Shown: positions 40,214 through 50,005, counted from the stretch's first letter. The stretch: DNA of 64,000 nt from Candidatus Zhuqueibacterota bacterium (GCA_049322915.1 JBMOPW010000020.1:160001-224000), one strand, 5' to 3'. Program-made: numbers and translations. Notes: generated by a model from the letters alone, not told the origin.

Positions 40214-42601
40214 CTCACAACGCAAGGATTCAACTGGATTTGCCAGGGCAGCGCGGATTGTCTGGAAACCGGATGTCGCCAGGGCGAATGCAAGTTCAAA
40301 TGCCACCGCCAGCATGAACAGCCACCAGTTGACCTGAGTTCGATAGGCAAAATGATTCAACCAGTAATGCATGAGGCAGAATGAGAAAGGAATAGCAAGC
40401 GCGCTGGCGCCTAAAATCCAGATGATGAACTGGCGGGAAATGAGAAACGTGATGCCGAATGCGCTTGCGCCCATCACTTTTCGGATGCCGATTTCTTTCG
40501 TACGGTTTTTTGTCACGAACGAGCTGAGACCGTAAAGCCCCAGACAGGAGACGAACAGAGCCAATCCGGTAAAAATGGATAAGAGTTCCCCCGACTTTTC
40601 TTCGACGCGGTAGAGGCGCGAATAGACATCCTCTAAGAAGCGATGATTTAAGGCATACCCGGGCAGGACGCTGGTCCAAACCTCTCTCACGTGCGAAATT
40701 GTCTCCGGTATTTTGTCAGGATTCAGTCTCATTGCAACTACAATGGTCTTCCGGGTATCGATCAAAATGAGCGCGGGATTGATTTTCTTGTGAAACGATT
40801 GAATGTGAAAATCCCGCACAATGCCGATCACACTGACAGCATCGCTCCGGCCCGGAATGTGAAGCAGAGCCCCGACAGGATGAGCCAGTCCCAATGCGCG
40901 CACAGCCGATTCATTCAAAATGACGCTGCCCATAGCATCCGTGGAGATTTCGCGCGAGAAATTCCTTCCCTCAATGAACGCCAGCTTCATGGTTTCGGCA
41001 AATCCAAAGTCAGCGGGCAGCGCTTGCAGATTCACCGAGTTTTCGGCCGGGCTGCCGGCTTTTGTGACGGAGATGTTGAAGCGGCTGTTGATGCCGGGCA
41101 AGGTGTACGCGCTGGAAACACCGAGTACATTCGGATTTTTCAATAACTCGTCGCGAAGCACTGAGTACTTTCCTGCTGCGGCGTCGTCATTGAGCGGGAA
41201 ATTGAGGAGCAGCACATTGTTCTTGTCGAATCCAAGTCCGGCGTTCTTCATATAGTTCAGTTGCTTGTAAATAATCGCCGTCCCCAGGATGAGAGTCAGG
41301 GTCAACGCAAACTGCAGGACGACGATGAATTTTCGAAGATTGAGCTTATGAGTGAGGCCCAGTCGCCGTTTCTTCAGAATGTCCACGGGCCGGAATCTGG
41401 ATAAAAACAGCGCCGGGTACCCGCCGGCAATGAGACTCACTGTGACGATCAGTCCGATGATGAGGATGCTGAATTGCAGCTTGAGCGTCGGTCCCATGTA
41501 AAAATCGGTTCCCACGAAGTCGTAAAATAGTGGCCGCAGTAATTCGAAAATGACAAATCCAACGGCGATGGCGAAGAGCGTAATGAGGAACGATTCGATC
41601 AAAAGCTGATGAATGAGCTGCGGGCGGCTTGCGCCGACGACTTTGCGAATGCCGATTTCCCGGGCGCGGTTCAAATAGCGCGACGTGGATAGGTTGATAA
41701 AATTGAAGCAGGCAATGATGAGAACGAAGAAAGCAGCGGCTAAAAATATTGTCACATACATTTTGTTACCTTTGGGCCCGAGGTCGTAGTTGGAGCGCAT
41801 ATCCCAGTGAATTTCCGAAAGCGGCAGCGGTATGAATTTCATGCGCAAAGCGAACCAGTCATTGGTATTCTCCTTCAGCATGTCCGCCAGCCTGCTCATG
41901 ACCGGCCCAATGGTTGCTCTCTCTTTCAACAGTAAGTAGGTGAAATCATCGCCCCATTGATCCCAGGGCGCAGCACTGACTTTGCCGCTCGCCGCAAATG
42001 TGGCGTAGGAAATGATGAACTGGCAGTTGAGATGGGTGTTGCGCGGGAAATCCCGCATGACGCCGGTGATTTTTAAAGGGGAGTCCTGATAGACTAACGT
42101 GCGGCCAACAGGATTTTCGGCGCCGAAATATTTCCGAGCCTGCGATTCGGTCATGACCAGGGAAAACGGTTCGGAGAGGGCATTTGCCGTATCGCCCTGG
42201 ATGAGATCAAACGTGAAGATGTCGAAAATCCCTGGCTCAGCGAGAAAGACATAGTCCTCGCGGATGGATTCGTCATTCGGCCTCGTGAAAATAGCGTCGT
42301 AATCTCGGCGAATGCGAATGGCGCGTTCGACTTCAGGCGACTGCGTATTCAGAGCCGGGGCGAGTGCGGGCATGGAGCCGGCGAAAATCATTTTGCTCTC
42401 CGGCGTGCCCCACTCCAGCATGATGCGATAGATGCGGCTTTTTTTCTCATGGAAATTCTCAAAGCTGGTCTCGTACATGACGTAGGTCAGCATCACCATG
42501 CAAACAGCCAGCCCAACGGCGAGACCGAGGATATTGATTGCTGAGAATCCCTTGTTCCGGCCGACATTGCGGAACGCGATTTTGATATAGTTCTTTAACA
42601 T
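40211..42601 (-). CDS. MacB/FtsX-type ABC permease, array member F (GC-rich)
   Basis: MLKNYIKIAFRN...ANPVESLRCE. Confidence 0.95.
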   Translation of the reverse strand: MLKNYIKIAFRNVGRNKGFSAINILGLAVGLAVCMVMLTYVMYETSFENFHEKKSRIYRIMLEWGTPESKMIFAGSMPALAPALNTQSPEVERAIRIRRDYDAIFTRPNDESIREDYVFLAEPGIFDIFTFDLIQGDTANALSEPFSLVMTESQARKYFGAENPVGRTLVYQDSPLKITGVMRDFPRNTHLNCQFIISYATFAASGKVSAAPWDQWGDDFTYLLLKERATIGPVMSRLADMLKENTNDWFALRMKFIPLPLSEIHWDMRSNYDLGPKGNKMYVTIFLAAAFFVLIIACFNFINLSTSRYLNRAREIGIRKVVGASRPQLIHQLLIESFLITLFAIAVGFVIFELLRPLFYDFVGTDFYMGPTLKLQFSILIIGLIVTVSLIAGGYPALFLSRFRPVDILKKRRLGLTHKLNLRKFIVVLQFALTLTLILGTAIIYKQLNYMKNAGLGFDKNNVLLLNFPLNDDAAAGKYSVLRDELLKNPNVLGVSSAYTLPGINSRFNISVTKAGSPAENSVNLQALPADFGFAETMKLAFIEGRNFSREISTDAMGSVILNESAVRALGLAHPVGALLHIPGRSDAVSVIGIVRDFHIQSFHKKINPALILIDTRKTIVVAMRLNPDKIPETISHVREVWTSVLPGYALNHRFLEDVYSRLYRVEEKSGELLSIFTGLALFVSCLGLYGLSSFVTKNRTKEIGIRKVMGASAFGITFLISRQFIIWILGASALAIPFSFCLMHYWLNHFAYRTQVNWWLFMLAVAFELAFALATSGFQTIRAALANPVESLRCE

Positions 42602-42673
42602 GGCGTTCTCCTGCCTGATCGATTAAAAGAGAGAGCCTTCAGTCCGTGACTCACGGAGGCTCGACTGAAGGGG

Positions 42674-42865
42674 TTGGAAATCCCGGGCAGTCAGTTTTTT
42701 TCAAGCGTAATTTTATTAATGAAAATAGCTCACCGGGAGAAAAAGCGCTCGCTGCATCGGACACCAAAAAGGCAGTGATTGACCCATGTGAATGAGCGAT
42801 TTCACTTGCCCGGCACATCATTCCTGATCGCGCGGCTGCAACGCCCGGAACGCCCGGATTTCCAA
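42674..42865. mobile_element. ~190-bp element with 14-15-bp terminal inverted repeats
   Basis: TTGGAAATCCCGGGC (42674-42688) / GCCCGGATTTCCAA (42852-42865). Confidence 0.45.
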
Positions 42866-43555
42866 TTACACCCGGAATCTCTCCTTGACATTTTCCGTGA
42901 CCACCTGGCCGTCGAACAGATGAATGATGCGATGGCAATATTCAGCATAGGCCGGCGAGTGGGTGACCATGATGATCGTCGTGCCGTTCTCGTGCAGGTC
43001 GGACAACAGTTTCATCACCTCATCCCCGTGAGCTGAATCCAGGTTGCCAGTCGGCTCGTCCGCCAAAATGAGCCGGGGTTGAGCGACTACAGCTCGTCCC
43101 ACGGCGACGCGCTGCTGCTGCCCGCCGGAGAGCTGCTGTGGGAAATGATTTTTCCGATGCATCATCTGCATCTGCTCCATCACTTCATTGACGCGCGTTT
43201 TTCGTTCGGCTGACGAATAGCCCAGATACAGCAGCGGAAGTTCAATGTTTTCGAACACCGTCAATTCATCGATTAAATTAAAACTCTGAAAGACAAATCC
43301 GATATTGGCTTTTCGCAGATTCGCCCGCTGCCGTTCAGAATACCGGGATACCTCCTGGTCCAGAAAGTAGTACTCGCCGTCGTTGGGATTGTCCAGCAGC
43401 CCCAGCAGGTTGAGCAGCGTGGACTTCCCGCATCCGGACGGTCCCATGATGGCCACAAACTCTCCCTGCGTGATTTCGATGTTCACGTTATTCAGAGCAG
43501 TCGTTTCCACTTCCTCGGTCATGTAGATTTTTTTGAGATTTTTGGTTTTTATCAT
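42866..43555 (-). CDS. ABC transporter ATP-binding protein (LolD/MacB-type)
   Basis: [29 protein letters not shown] and VTH. Confidence 0.96.
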   Translation of the reverse strand: MIKTKNLKKIYMTEEVETTALNNVNIEITQGEFVAIMGPSGCGKSTLLNLLGLLDNPNDGEYYFLDQEVSRYSERQRANLRKANIGFVFQSFNLIDELTVFENIELPLLYLGYSSAERKTRVNEVMEQMQMMHRKNHFPQQLSGGQQQRVAVGRAVVAQPRLILADEPTGNLDSAHGDEVMKLLSDLHENGTTIIMVTHSPAYAEYCHRIIHLFDGQVVTENVKERFRV

Positions 43556-43621
43556 TGGTTTGTTCTCCGACTTATTGATCCTTCATTATTCTCCTGTATG
43601 GATAGAGATGTTTTAGGTTTT

Positions 43622-44066
43622 AAGATGCGTTCAGCGTTCAGCGTTCAGCGGTCAGCCTTCTGCCTTTAGCTTTTGTATCAATCCAGCCAACATTTTTTTT
43701 ACTTCTTCAATTTCATTCAACAATTTTATATACGTGTTTTCATCGAGATAATGTAAATCGTAGGCTAAAAGTGTCTGGTATTCAAGTTCACTCGCTGATC
43801 CCATTGCAATTTGCAGGAAGCGAGCAAAATCAAGGTCGCTGTTTCGTCCACAACCTTCAGCAATATTTGATGGGATAGAAATACTGGATCTACGGATTTG
43901 GCTCGTCAATCCATAGATTTCCTCTTTTGGAAATGCACGAGTGTTTTTATAAATTTGCAAGGTTAGCTCATGGCTTTTCTGCCATACATTCAACTTCCTA
44001 AAATCTTTCATTTTAATTCCTCCTGTTTTTATCTGATTGCTAATTGCTGAAAGCTGATAGCTATTT
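43622..44066. mobile_element. Four-helix-bundle gene unit bounded by inverted heptamer-repeat arms
   Basis: Left arm (gttcagc)x3-ggtcagc-cttctgc-ctttagc (43629-43670); right arm tctgatt-gctaatt-gctgaaa-gctgata-gctattt (44032-44066). Confidence 0.7.
43652..44011 (-). CDS. Four helix bundle protein (23S rRNA IVS protein / Avd-like family)
   Basis: FRKLNVWQKS, FPKEEIYGLTSQIRRS..SIPSNIAEG.GR and FLQIAMGSASE; GGAGG RBS; AT-rich relative to its neighbours. Confidence 0.95.
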   Translation of the reverse strand: MKDFRKLNVWQKSHELTLQIYKNTRAFPKEEIYGLTSQIRRSSISIPSNIAEGCGRNSDLDFARFLQIAMGSASELEYQTLLAYDLHYLDENTYIKLLNEIEEVKKMLAGLIQKLKAEG

Positions 44067-45311
44067 CAGAATCAGCTTATCCTTGTCCCCGAAATTGTCG
44101 TAGCTGGAAGTGATCACCTGTTCACCGGGGACAAGGCCGGCGGAGATTTCGTACACCTGGGTGTTGCTGCGGTGAATCTGAATCTTCCGTTTCACAGCAA
44201 AATGGCCGGAGCGGTCGAGAATATAGACCCACTGGCCGCCGGTGCTTTGATAGAATCCGCCGGTGGGCAGTAATATCGCGTCGGTGAGATCGCCCAGGTC
44301 GAGGCGAATGTGAAGCGTCTGCCCGCGCCGGATGTCAGCCGGAGGATCTCCGAGGAAGTCCAGATCGATTTCAAACCGTCCCTCTTTCACCTCAGGGTAA
44401 ACGCGCGTGACTTCGAGGCTATAGGTGCTGTTCGATAAATCGAATCGCCCAGTTCTGCCAATTTCGACGCGCGCGATGTAATGCTCGTCGATACTGGCGC
44501 GCACATTGAAGCTATCCAGCACATCGATCTGGCCCAATCGTTCTCCGGCGGACTTCGATTCGCCGATCTCCGCATTGAGCGAAGTGAGCAATCCGGCGAT
44601 GGGCGATTTAATGGTCAAATTCTCCACCTTCTGTCTGGCAATATCAAGATTAGAGGTCATCCGCTTCAACGACGCGTTCATTTCCTCAATTTGTGACAGT
44701 CTGAAGAGCGAATCCTGTCGGAAAGTCTCGATGGCCAAAACCCGGCGTTTGGTGACATAGTCGAATTCGTCTTTGATTTCTTCGAACTCCTGGTCGGAAA
44801 TGAGCTTTTGTTCCGCTAACACCTTATTCCGATCATGGAGCCGGTTCAGTTTTTTCAGGCGATAATCCAGATCATTCAATTCCGTCAGCAGGTTCAAACG
44901 ATATTGCTCCATCTGAAGACGCGTGGCCCGCAGATTATCGCTCTGGCGGAATAGCTCCGCTTCCCGTTGCATGATATTCAAAATCAAATTGGTGTTGGTG
45001 AGTTTGAGAATTTTGTCGCCAACCCTGACAAACGCGCCGGCTTCCACAAATTTCTCATCGACGCGACCGCCTTCGTCGGCGTCGAGGTAAAATGTCATCA
45101 CCGGATGGACATTGCCGATGATCGGTATGAATTCCTGGAATGGGCCGTGGGTGACCGTGGAAATGGTGATCCGCTCGCGATCCACATTGAGTTTGGAACT
45201 GCTGTCGCTGAAAATGAAGATATAAAGGACGAAGAGCGCAAATGCCGTTATGCCGGCAATCCCAATAATTTTTTTAGACGTCCATTTTTTCTTTTGAATT
45301 GGTCGATCCAT
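44061..45311 (-). CDS. Efflux periplasmic adaptor subunit (HlyD/MacA family)
   Basis: N-terminal TM, lipoyl-like EGGRV...GD.IL, coiled coil, KSPIAG and GL.PGEQVI. Confidence 0.92.
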   Translation of the reverse strand: MDRPIQKKKWTSKKIIGIAGITAFALFVLYIFIFSDSSSKLNVDRERITISTVTHGPFQEFIPIIGNVHPVMTFYLDADEGGRVDEKFVEAGAFVRVGDKILKLTNTNLILNIMQREAELFRQSDNLRATRLQMEQYRLNLLTELNDLDYRLKKLNRLHDRNKVLAEQKLISDQEFEEIKDEFDYVTKRRVLAIETFRQDSLFRLSQIEEMNASLKRMTSNLDIARQKVENLTIKSPIAGLLTSLNAEIGESKSAGERLGQIDVLDSFNVRASIDEHYIARVEIGRTGRFDLSNSTYSLEVTRVYPEVKEGRFEIDLDFLGDPPADIRRGQTLHIRLDLGDLTDAILLPTGGFYQSTGGQWVYILDRSGHFAVKRKIQIHRSNTQVYEISAGLVPGEQVITSSYDNFGDKDKLILK

Positions 45312-45393
45312 TCAAGTTCCCTCGCGTTTTAATCCACAGATTTATTCGTGATAGGTGGGCATTTGGTTGAAGTGAAATGTTAAATCTGAGCAC

Positions 45394-45409
45394 TTCAATA
45401 TCCGTGCCA
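45394..45409 (-). promoter_or_regulatory. Putative sigma-54 (-24/-12) promoter of the adaptor/ABC operon
   Basis: Minus strand TGGCAC-GGATA-TTGAA (variant -12 box), 83 nt upstream of the adaptor start and divergent from a sigma-54 activator gene. Confidence 0.65.
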
Positions 45410-45484
45410 TCATTATAATTTAATGACTTAAGCTTGAAAACACAAAATTTTAAACGATGAAACTATCCGCTTCCATGACACTCG

Positions 45485-45502
45485 GTGTTCGGAACCGTAC
45501 AC
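45485..45502. promoter_or_regulatory. Palindromic candidate upstream activator site
   Basis: GTGTTCGG-AA-CCGTACAC, ~80-90 nt upstream of the -24 box. Confidence 0.55.
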
Positions 45503-45528
45503 TTTTTCATGTCAAACCAACAAAATAC

Positions 45529-45557
45529 TTGCTTTTTAAAAACAAAAATTGTATATA
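45529..45557 (+). promoter_or_regulatory. Putative sigma-70 promoter for the two-component genes
   Basis: TTGCTT-N17-TATATA. Confidence 0.4.
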
Positions 45558-45652
45558 GTTAAAACTTGAACCACGGCCTGCTGTCGCCGGGGAACGAGGC
45601 GCCGGCGCACAATCAGGAGGCCGGTGAGCATTCAGCAAAAGAGAAAAAATTC

Positions 45653-47029
45653 ATGACTCCCAAAGTTGGCAAGATACTTGTCATTGACGACGACGAAGAT
45701 GTGCTGCACGCCGCCCGTCTTTTTCTGAAGCAGCACGTGAATTTGGTTCACACCGAAAAGAATCCGGGCAATATTGCCAGCCTGATGAAAAATGAGAATT
45801 ACGATGTCATCCTCCTGGACATGAATTTCACCAGGGACGTCACCAGCGGCGGCGAGGGATTTGTCTGGCTCAACAGAATTCTGGAAATCGATCCGTCCGC
45901 CGTTGTCGTGATGGTTACGGCTTACGGCGATGTGGAATTGGCGGTGCGGGCGATCAAAGAGGGGGCGACGGAATTTGTGCTCAAGCCGTGGCAGAACGAA
46001 AAGCTGCTGGCGACAATTTCGGCGGCGCTGAATCTGCGGCGCACGCGCAGCGAAGTCGCTGATCTGCGCGATCGGCAAAAACAGCTCAGCGCGGATCTGG
46101 ACCAGCCGTTTCATGAGTTCATCGGTTCCTGCCCGGCCATGCAGCAGGTATTCAAGACCATCGAGAAAGTGGCCAACACTGTCGCCAATGTGCTTATCCT
46201 GGGCGAAAACGGCACAGGCAAAGAGCTCGTGGCCCGCGAACTGCATCGCCAGTCGGCGCGGGCTCAGGAGGTTTTCATCAGCGTGGATATGGGCGCATTG
46301 ACAACCACGCTCTTCGAGAGCGAATTGTTCGGGCATGTGAAAGGCGCTTTCACGGACGCCAAAGAAGATCGCGCCGGCCGATTCGAAGTTGCCTCCGGCG
46401 GAACCCTGTTCCTGGACGAAATCGGCAATATTCCGTTGCCGCTTCAGGCGAAACTGCTGACCGTGCTTCAGAATCGGGAGGTGACGCGTATCGGTTCCAA
46501 TCGGGCCAAACCCATCGACATTCGTCTGATCTGCGCCACGAATCGGAACATCTTTGAACTGGTAGCGCAAAAGCAGTTTCGGGAGGATTTGCTTTACCGA
46601 ATCAATACGGTGGAAATTCATCTGCCGCCGCTGAGAGAGAGAATCGATGATATTCTGGCGCTGGTCGATTTTTTCCTCGGCGTGTATTGCAGGAAATACA
46701 ATGCGCCACGCAAGCGGGTCAACAGCGCCACACTGAAAAAGCTGGAAAAATACCACTGGCCGGGCAATGTGCGCGAATTGCAGCATGCCATTGAACGCGC
46801 TGTAATTATGACCGATGCCACCGTGCTCAATCCCCCGGACATATTTTTCCCGACCCGTGAATCCCGCGAAGACGGGTTGATTTTCGATAATTACAATCTG
46901 GAAGAAGCAGAAAAAATGATCATCCGCAAGGCCATTGACAAGCACAACGGCAATATTTCCAGAGCAGCGCGAGAGCTGGGCGTCACGCGAACCTCACTTT
47001 ATCGAAGATTAGAGAAATATGGTATTTAG
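45653..47029 (+). CDS. Sigma-54-dependent response regulator (NtrC family)
   Basis: REC domain, [38 protein letters not shown] and a Fis-type HTH; start may be further upstream. Confidence 0.96.
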   Translation: MTPKVGKILVIDDDEDVLHAARLFLKQHVNLVHTEKNPGNIASLMKNENYDVILLDMNFTRDVTSGGEGFVWLNRILEIDPSAVVVMVTAYGDVELAVRAIKEGATEFVLKPWQNEKLLATISAALNLRRTRSEVADLRDRQKQLSADLDQPFHEFIGSCPAMQQVFKTIEKVANTVANVLILGENGTGKELVARELHRQSARAQEVFISVDMGALTTTLFESELFGHVKGAFTDAKEDRAGRFEVASGGTLFLDEIGNIPLPLQAKLLTVLQNREVTRIGSNRAKPIDIRLICATNRNIFELVAQKQFREDLLYRINTVEIHLPPLRERIDDILALVDFFLGVYCRKYNAPRKRVNSATLKKLEKYHWPGNVRELQHAIERAVIMTDATVLNPPDIFFPTRESREDGLIFDNYNLEEAEKMIIRKAIDKHNGNISRAARELGVTRTSLYRRLEKYGI

Positions 47030-48353
47030 ACATTTCAGGTTTATCATATCGCTGCGGATTTTCCTGCTGGCGGCGAACGGTCTGCTGTTCAGTTTTTTCA
47101 TACTGAAGACAGTCCATTATGCTGTCATTGGAGTCAGCGGGCTGGTCTTTGTCTATCAGATCTATTCGCTCATCCGCTACGTGGAAAAAACCAATCGCGA
47201 TCTGAATCGTTTTCTCGATGCCATTCGGTACGACGATTTTTCTCAGTCGTTCAGCGGTCTCTCGTTAGGCGCTTCGTTCGATGAACTCCGAAAGGCGTTC
47301 AATGACGTCCTGGAGAAATTCAAGCGGACCCGGTCGGAAAAGGAGGAGCACTTCCGGTACCTGCACACTGTGGTGCAGCATGTGGGCATTGGCCTGATTA
47401 CGTTTCAGCCAAATGGCGACGTCCAGCTCATCAACACTGCGGCGAAGCGATTGCTCAAAGTGAATCGGTTGAGAAACATCGAACAACTCAGCTCGCTGAG
47501 CCAGGACCTGGGGACGCGGCTGAAAAAAATGAAGTCCGGAGAAAAGGCGCTGGTCAAAGTGAGCGACGAAGACAGCGCGTTGCAGTTGACCATTTCCGCC
47601 ACGGAATTTCGGATGCAGGGCCAGCAATTCACGCTCGTCTCGCTGCAAAATATTCAGAGCGAATTGGAAGAGAAGGAGATGGATGCCTGGCAAAACCTGA
47701 TCCGCGTGCTCACCCATGAAATCATGAATTCGGTGACGCCCATTTCCTCCCTCGCGTCGACGGTCAATTGTCTGCTCTCTGATTCGCCGCAACTGACCGG
47801 GGAAACAATCGACGACGTCCGCAGCGCGGCTCAGACCATTGAAAAACGCAGCAACGGCCTGCTCCATTTTGTGGAATCATACCGCAAGCTCACACGCATC
47901 CCGCGTCCCAATTTTCAGATTTTCGGAGTGGCTGCGCTGATTGGCCGCGTCGAAAAGTTGATGAGCAGCCATGTTGCCGAGACCAATATCGCCGTCACCT
48001 CCGGCGTGGAACCCCGGCACCTGGAAATTACCGCGGATCCGGAGCTCATCGAACAGGTGCTCATCAACCTGCTGCTCAATGCAATCGAGTCAGTGAAAGG
48101 GCAATCCGCGCCGCAGATTGAATTGATGGCGCGAATCGATGCGCGGGGACGGGCGATCATTCAGGTGGCGGACAATGGGCCGGGCATTGCTCCGGACCTG
48201 CTGGATAAAATTTTCGTCCCATTTTTCACCACAAAAAAAGACGGCTCCGGCATCGGGCTCAGTCTGTCGCGGCAGATTATGCGGCTGCATCGGGGGGCGA
48301 TCTCGGCTTCATCCAACCCGGGCATCCGAACGGTCTTCACACTGCGGTTTTAA
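47019..48353 (+). CDS. Sensor histidine kinase (PAS, NtrY-like)
   Basis: LTHEIMNS H-box, NLLLNA, DNGPGI, FFTTK and GSGIGL. Confidence 0.95.
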   Translation: MVFRHFRFIISLRIFLLAANGLLFSFFILKTVHYAVIGVSGLVFVYQIYSLIRYVEKTNRDLNRFLDAIRYDDFSQSFSGLSLGASFDELRKAFNDVLEKFKRTRSEKEEHFRYLHTVVQHVGIGLITFQPNGDVQLINTAAKRLLKVNRLRNIEQLSSLSQDLGTRLKKMKSGEKALVKVSDEDSALQLTISATEFRMQGQQFTLVSLQNIQSELEEKEMDAWQNLIRVLTHEIMNSVTPISSLASTVNCLLSDSPQLTGETIDDVRSAAQTIEKRSNGLLHFVESYRKLTRIPRPNFQIFGVAALIGRVEKLMSSHVAETNIAVTSGVEPRHLEITADPELIEQVLINLLLNAIESVKGQSAPQIELMARIDARGRAIIQVADNGPGIAPDLLDKIFVPFFTTKKDGSGIGLSLSRQIMRLHRGAISASSNPGIRTVFTLRF

Positions 48354-48461
48354 TAATTGCTCACGGCGCGAGACGAAAAGGCAAGGGGCACAAGGTCAGG
48401 ATTCAGCTTTGTCTTCCTTGGCGGAGAAACGGATTATTTCAGAGACGAGAGGAGTCGCTCC

Positions 48462-49319
48462 ATGGAACATGAATTGAGGAAGTCGGTGGATTCGCCCATT
48501 TACGTGGTGTCTGGCTATTCCGGCGCGAGCGGCGAGCAACTGGTGCACACGGTGCTGGCGCAGTTTCCGAATGTTGTTGTGCCGGTGAAAATGGTGACGC
48601 ATGTCCGACAGATGGAGCAGGTGATAAAAGTCGTGAATGATGCCAGGGAGACCGGCGGAACCATTGTCCATACCATGGTGGACGATGCGTTGCGCAATCG
48701 GCTCGTCGAGCTGTGCCGCGAGGTTGGCGTGAAGGCCATCGATCTTGTCGGTGATTTGTATGCCTGGCTGATTGAAGCGCTGCAGCAGCAGCCGGCCGGC
48801 ATCCCCGGGCTGTACCGCCAATTGCACAAGGTGTATTTCGATCGGGTGGAGGCCATTGAATTTTCCATGGCGCATGACGACGGCCAGAAACCGCACGAAC
48901 TGGGCAAAGCGGAAATTGTCCTCACCGGCGTGTCCCGCGTTGGCAAAACACCGCTCTCCATGTACCTGGCAGTCCTCGGCTGGAAGGTGGCGAATGTCCC
49001 GCTCGTCAAAGGAATCGACCCGCCAACAGAATTGTTTCAGGTGGATCGCCGCCGCGTCATCGGTTTGACCATCGATGCCGTGCAGCTTCTGAAATACCGC
49101 AACGCTCGATTGCATCGATTAACCGGCAGCGGCATGAGTGAGTATACCGATCCCCATGTGATTTTCGAGGAAGTTGAGGCTGCGGAGGAATTATGCCGTC
49201 GGCATCGTTTTTCGCTCATCGGCGTGTCCAACAAGCCGATTGAGACCAGCGCCAACGAGATCATCGATTTGATTACCAACCGATTCAAGGATGAAAGTCA
49301 CGGGAACATGAAGCAATAA
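48462..49319 (+). CDS. Pyruvate phosphate/water dikinase regulatory protein (kinase-pyrophosphorylase, DUF299)
   Basis: YFDRVEAIEF...HDDG, GVSRVGKTPLSMYLA, KVANVPL and KPIETSA; GAGGAG RBS. Confidence 0.92.
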   Translation: MEHELRKSVDSPIYVVSGYSGASGEQLVHTVLAQFPNVVVPVKMVTHVRQMEQVIKVVNDARETGGTIVHTMVDDALRNRLVELCREVGVKAIDLVGDLYAWLIEALQQQPAGIPGLYRQLHKVYFDRVEAIEFSMAHDDGQKPHELGKAEIVLTGVSRVGKTPLSMYLAVLGWKVANVPLVKGIDPPTELFQVDRRRVIGLTIDAVQLLKYRNARLHRLTGSGMSEYTDPHVIFEEVEAAEELCRRHRFSLIGVSNKPIETSANEIIDLITNRFKDESHGNMKQ

Positions 49320-49403
49320 ATCGCCATTTTTCAATCGGCGAATTCGGCGCAGACTGATGGATTGAACGTGTCGCAATGACTGCAAAGGAGGCGTTACTAC
49401 AAA

Positions 49404-49838
49404 ATGGATTCAAAAGAAGAAGTCCGAAATATCCTGACACTCACGGGCAATAATTATTTGCAGGCGCTGGATTTGCTGGAGCGTCAGCTCAATGTGCTGC
49501 ATACGCGCGCTCAGGTGCTGATGAGCCTGGCGGGAATCGTCCTCACCATCACCGGCTTTTCGGGCCGGCTCATCGCCGGCACGTCGCAGTCAGCTCAGAT
49601 TCTTGTCATTCTCGGGCTGGCCACGGTTCTGTCCAGCGCCGTCTGGGTTTTCCTGCAAGTGATGCAGGTGAAATGGCTCACCGGGGAAGTCGTTCTGAAC
49701 GATCCGCGCAGTCTGGAAAAGGTGATCCTGCGCCGGACAAAAAAGACCCGCGCCTATACATCCGGCGGATTCGTTCTTTGCATCGGTCTGTTTTTATACT
49801 GCATTGCCTTTGCGCTGATGCTGATGAATCAGCAATAG
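49404..49838 (+). CDS. Hypothetical 3-TM membrane protein
   Basis: AAGGAGG RBS; three hydrophobic segments in 144 aa. Confidence 0.8.
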   Translation: MDSKEEVRNILTLTGNNYLQALDLLERQLNVLHTRAQVLMSLAGIVLTITGFSGRLIAGTSQSAQILVILGLATVLSSAVWVFLQVMQVKWLTGEVVLNDPRSLEKVILRRTKKTRAYTSGGFVLCIGLFLYCIAFALMLMNQQ

Positions 49839-49945
49839 ATGACCGATCTCATAAACCTTCACAGGCTTTGATACGTTGTGATAAATTCTATTCCACGTTA
49901 TAGATGACGTGGCAACTCATTAAAAAAAAATTTAGATAACTTGAA

Positions 49946-50005
49946 TAGCCCCGACTTTTAAGTCAGGGAACAGAAATTCACCTCTGATTTTGGGGCTTCA
50001 GCTCC
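49946..50005. repeat. REP-like palindrome pair
   Basis: TAGCCCCGACTTTTAAGTCAGGG and GGGGCTTCAGCTCC. Confidence 0.45.

Noticed and set aside
43652..44011. Diversity-generating retroelement (Avd-like gene)
   Set aside because: No reverse transcriptase and no template/variable repeat pair with adenine-specific mismatches seen in the window.
45632..46945. Long antisense ORFs (this one; also 2573-3577 and 61101-62357)
   Set aside because: They are shadows of well-supported genes on the opposite strand and have no motifs.
48362..48425. Another heptamer element (cgcgaga-cgaaaag-gcaaggg-gcacaag)
   Set aside because: Only one weak arm, without a convincing complementary partner.
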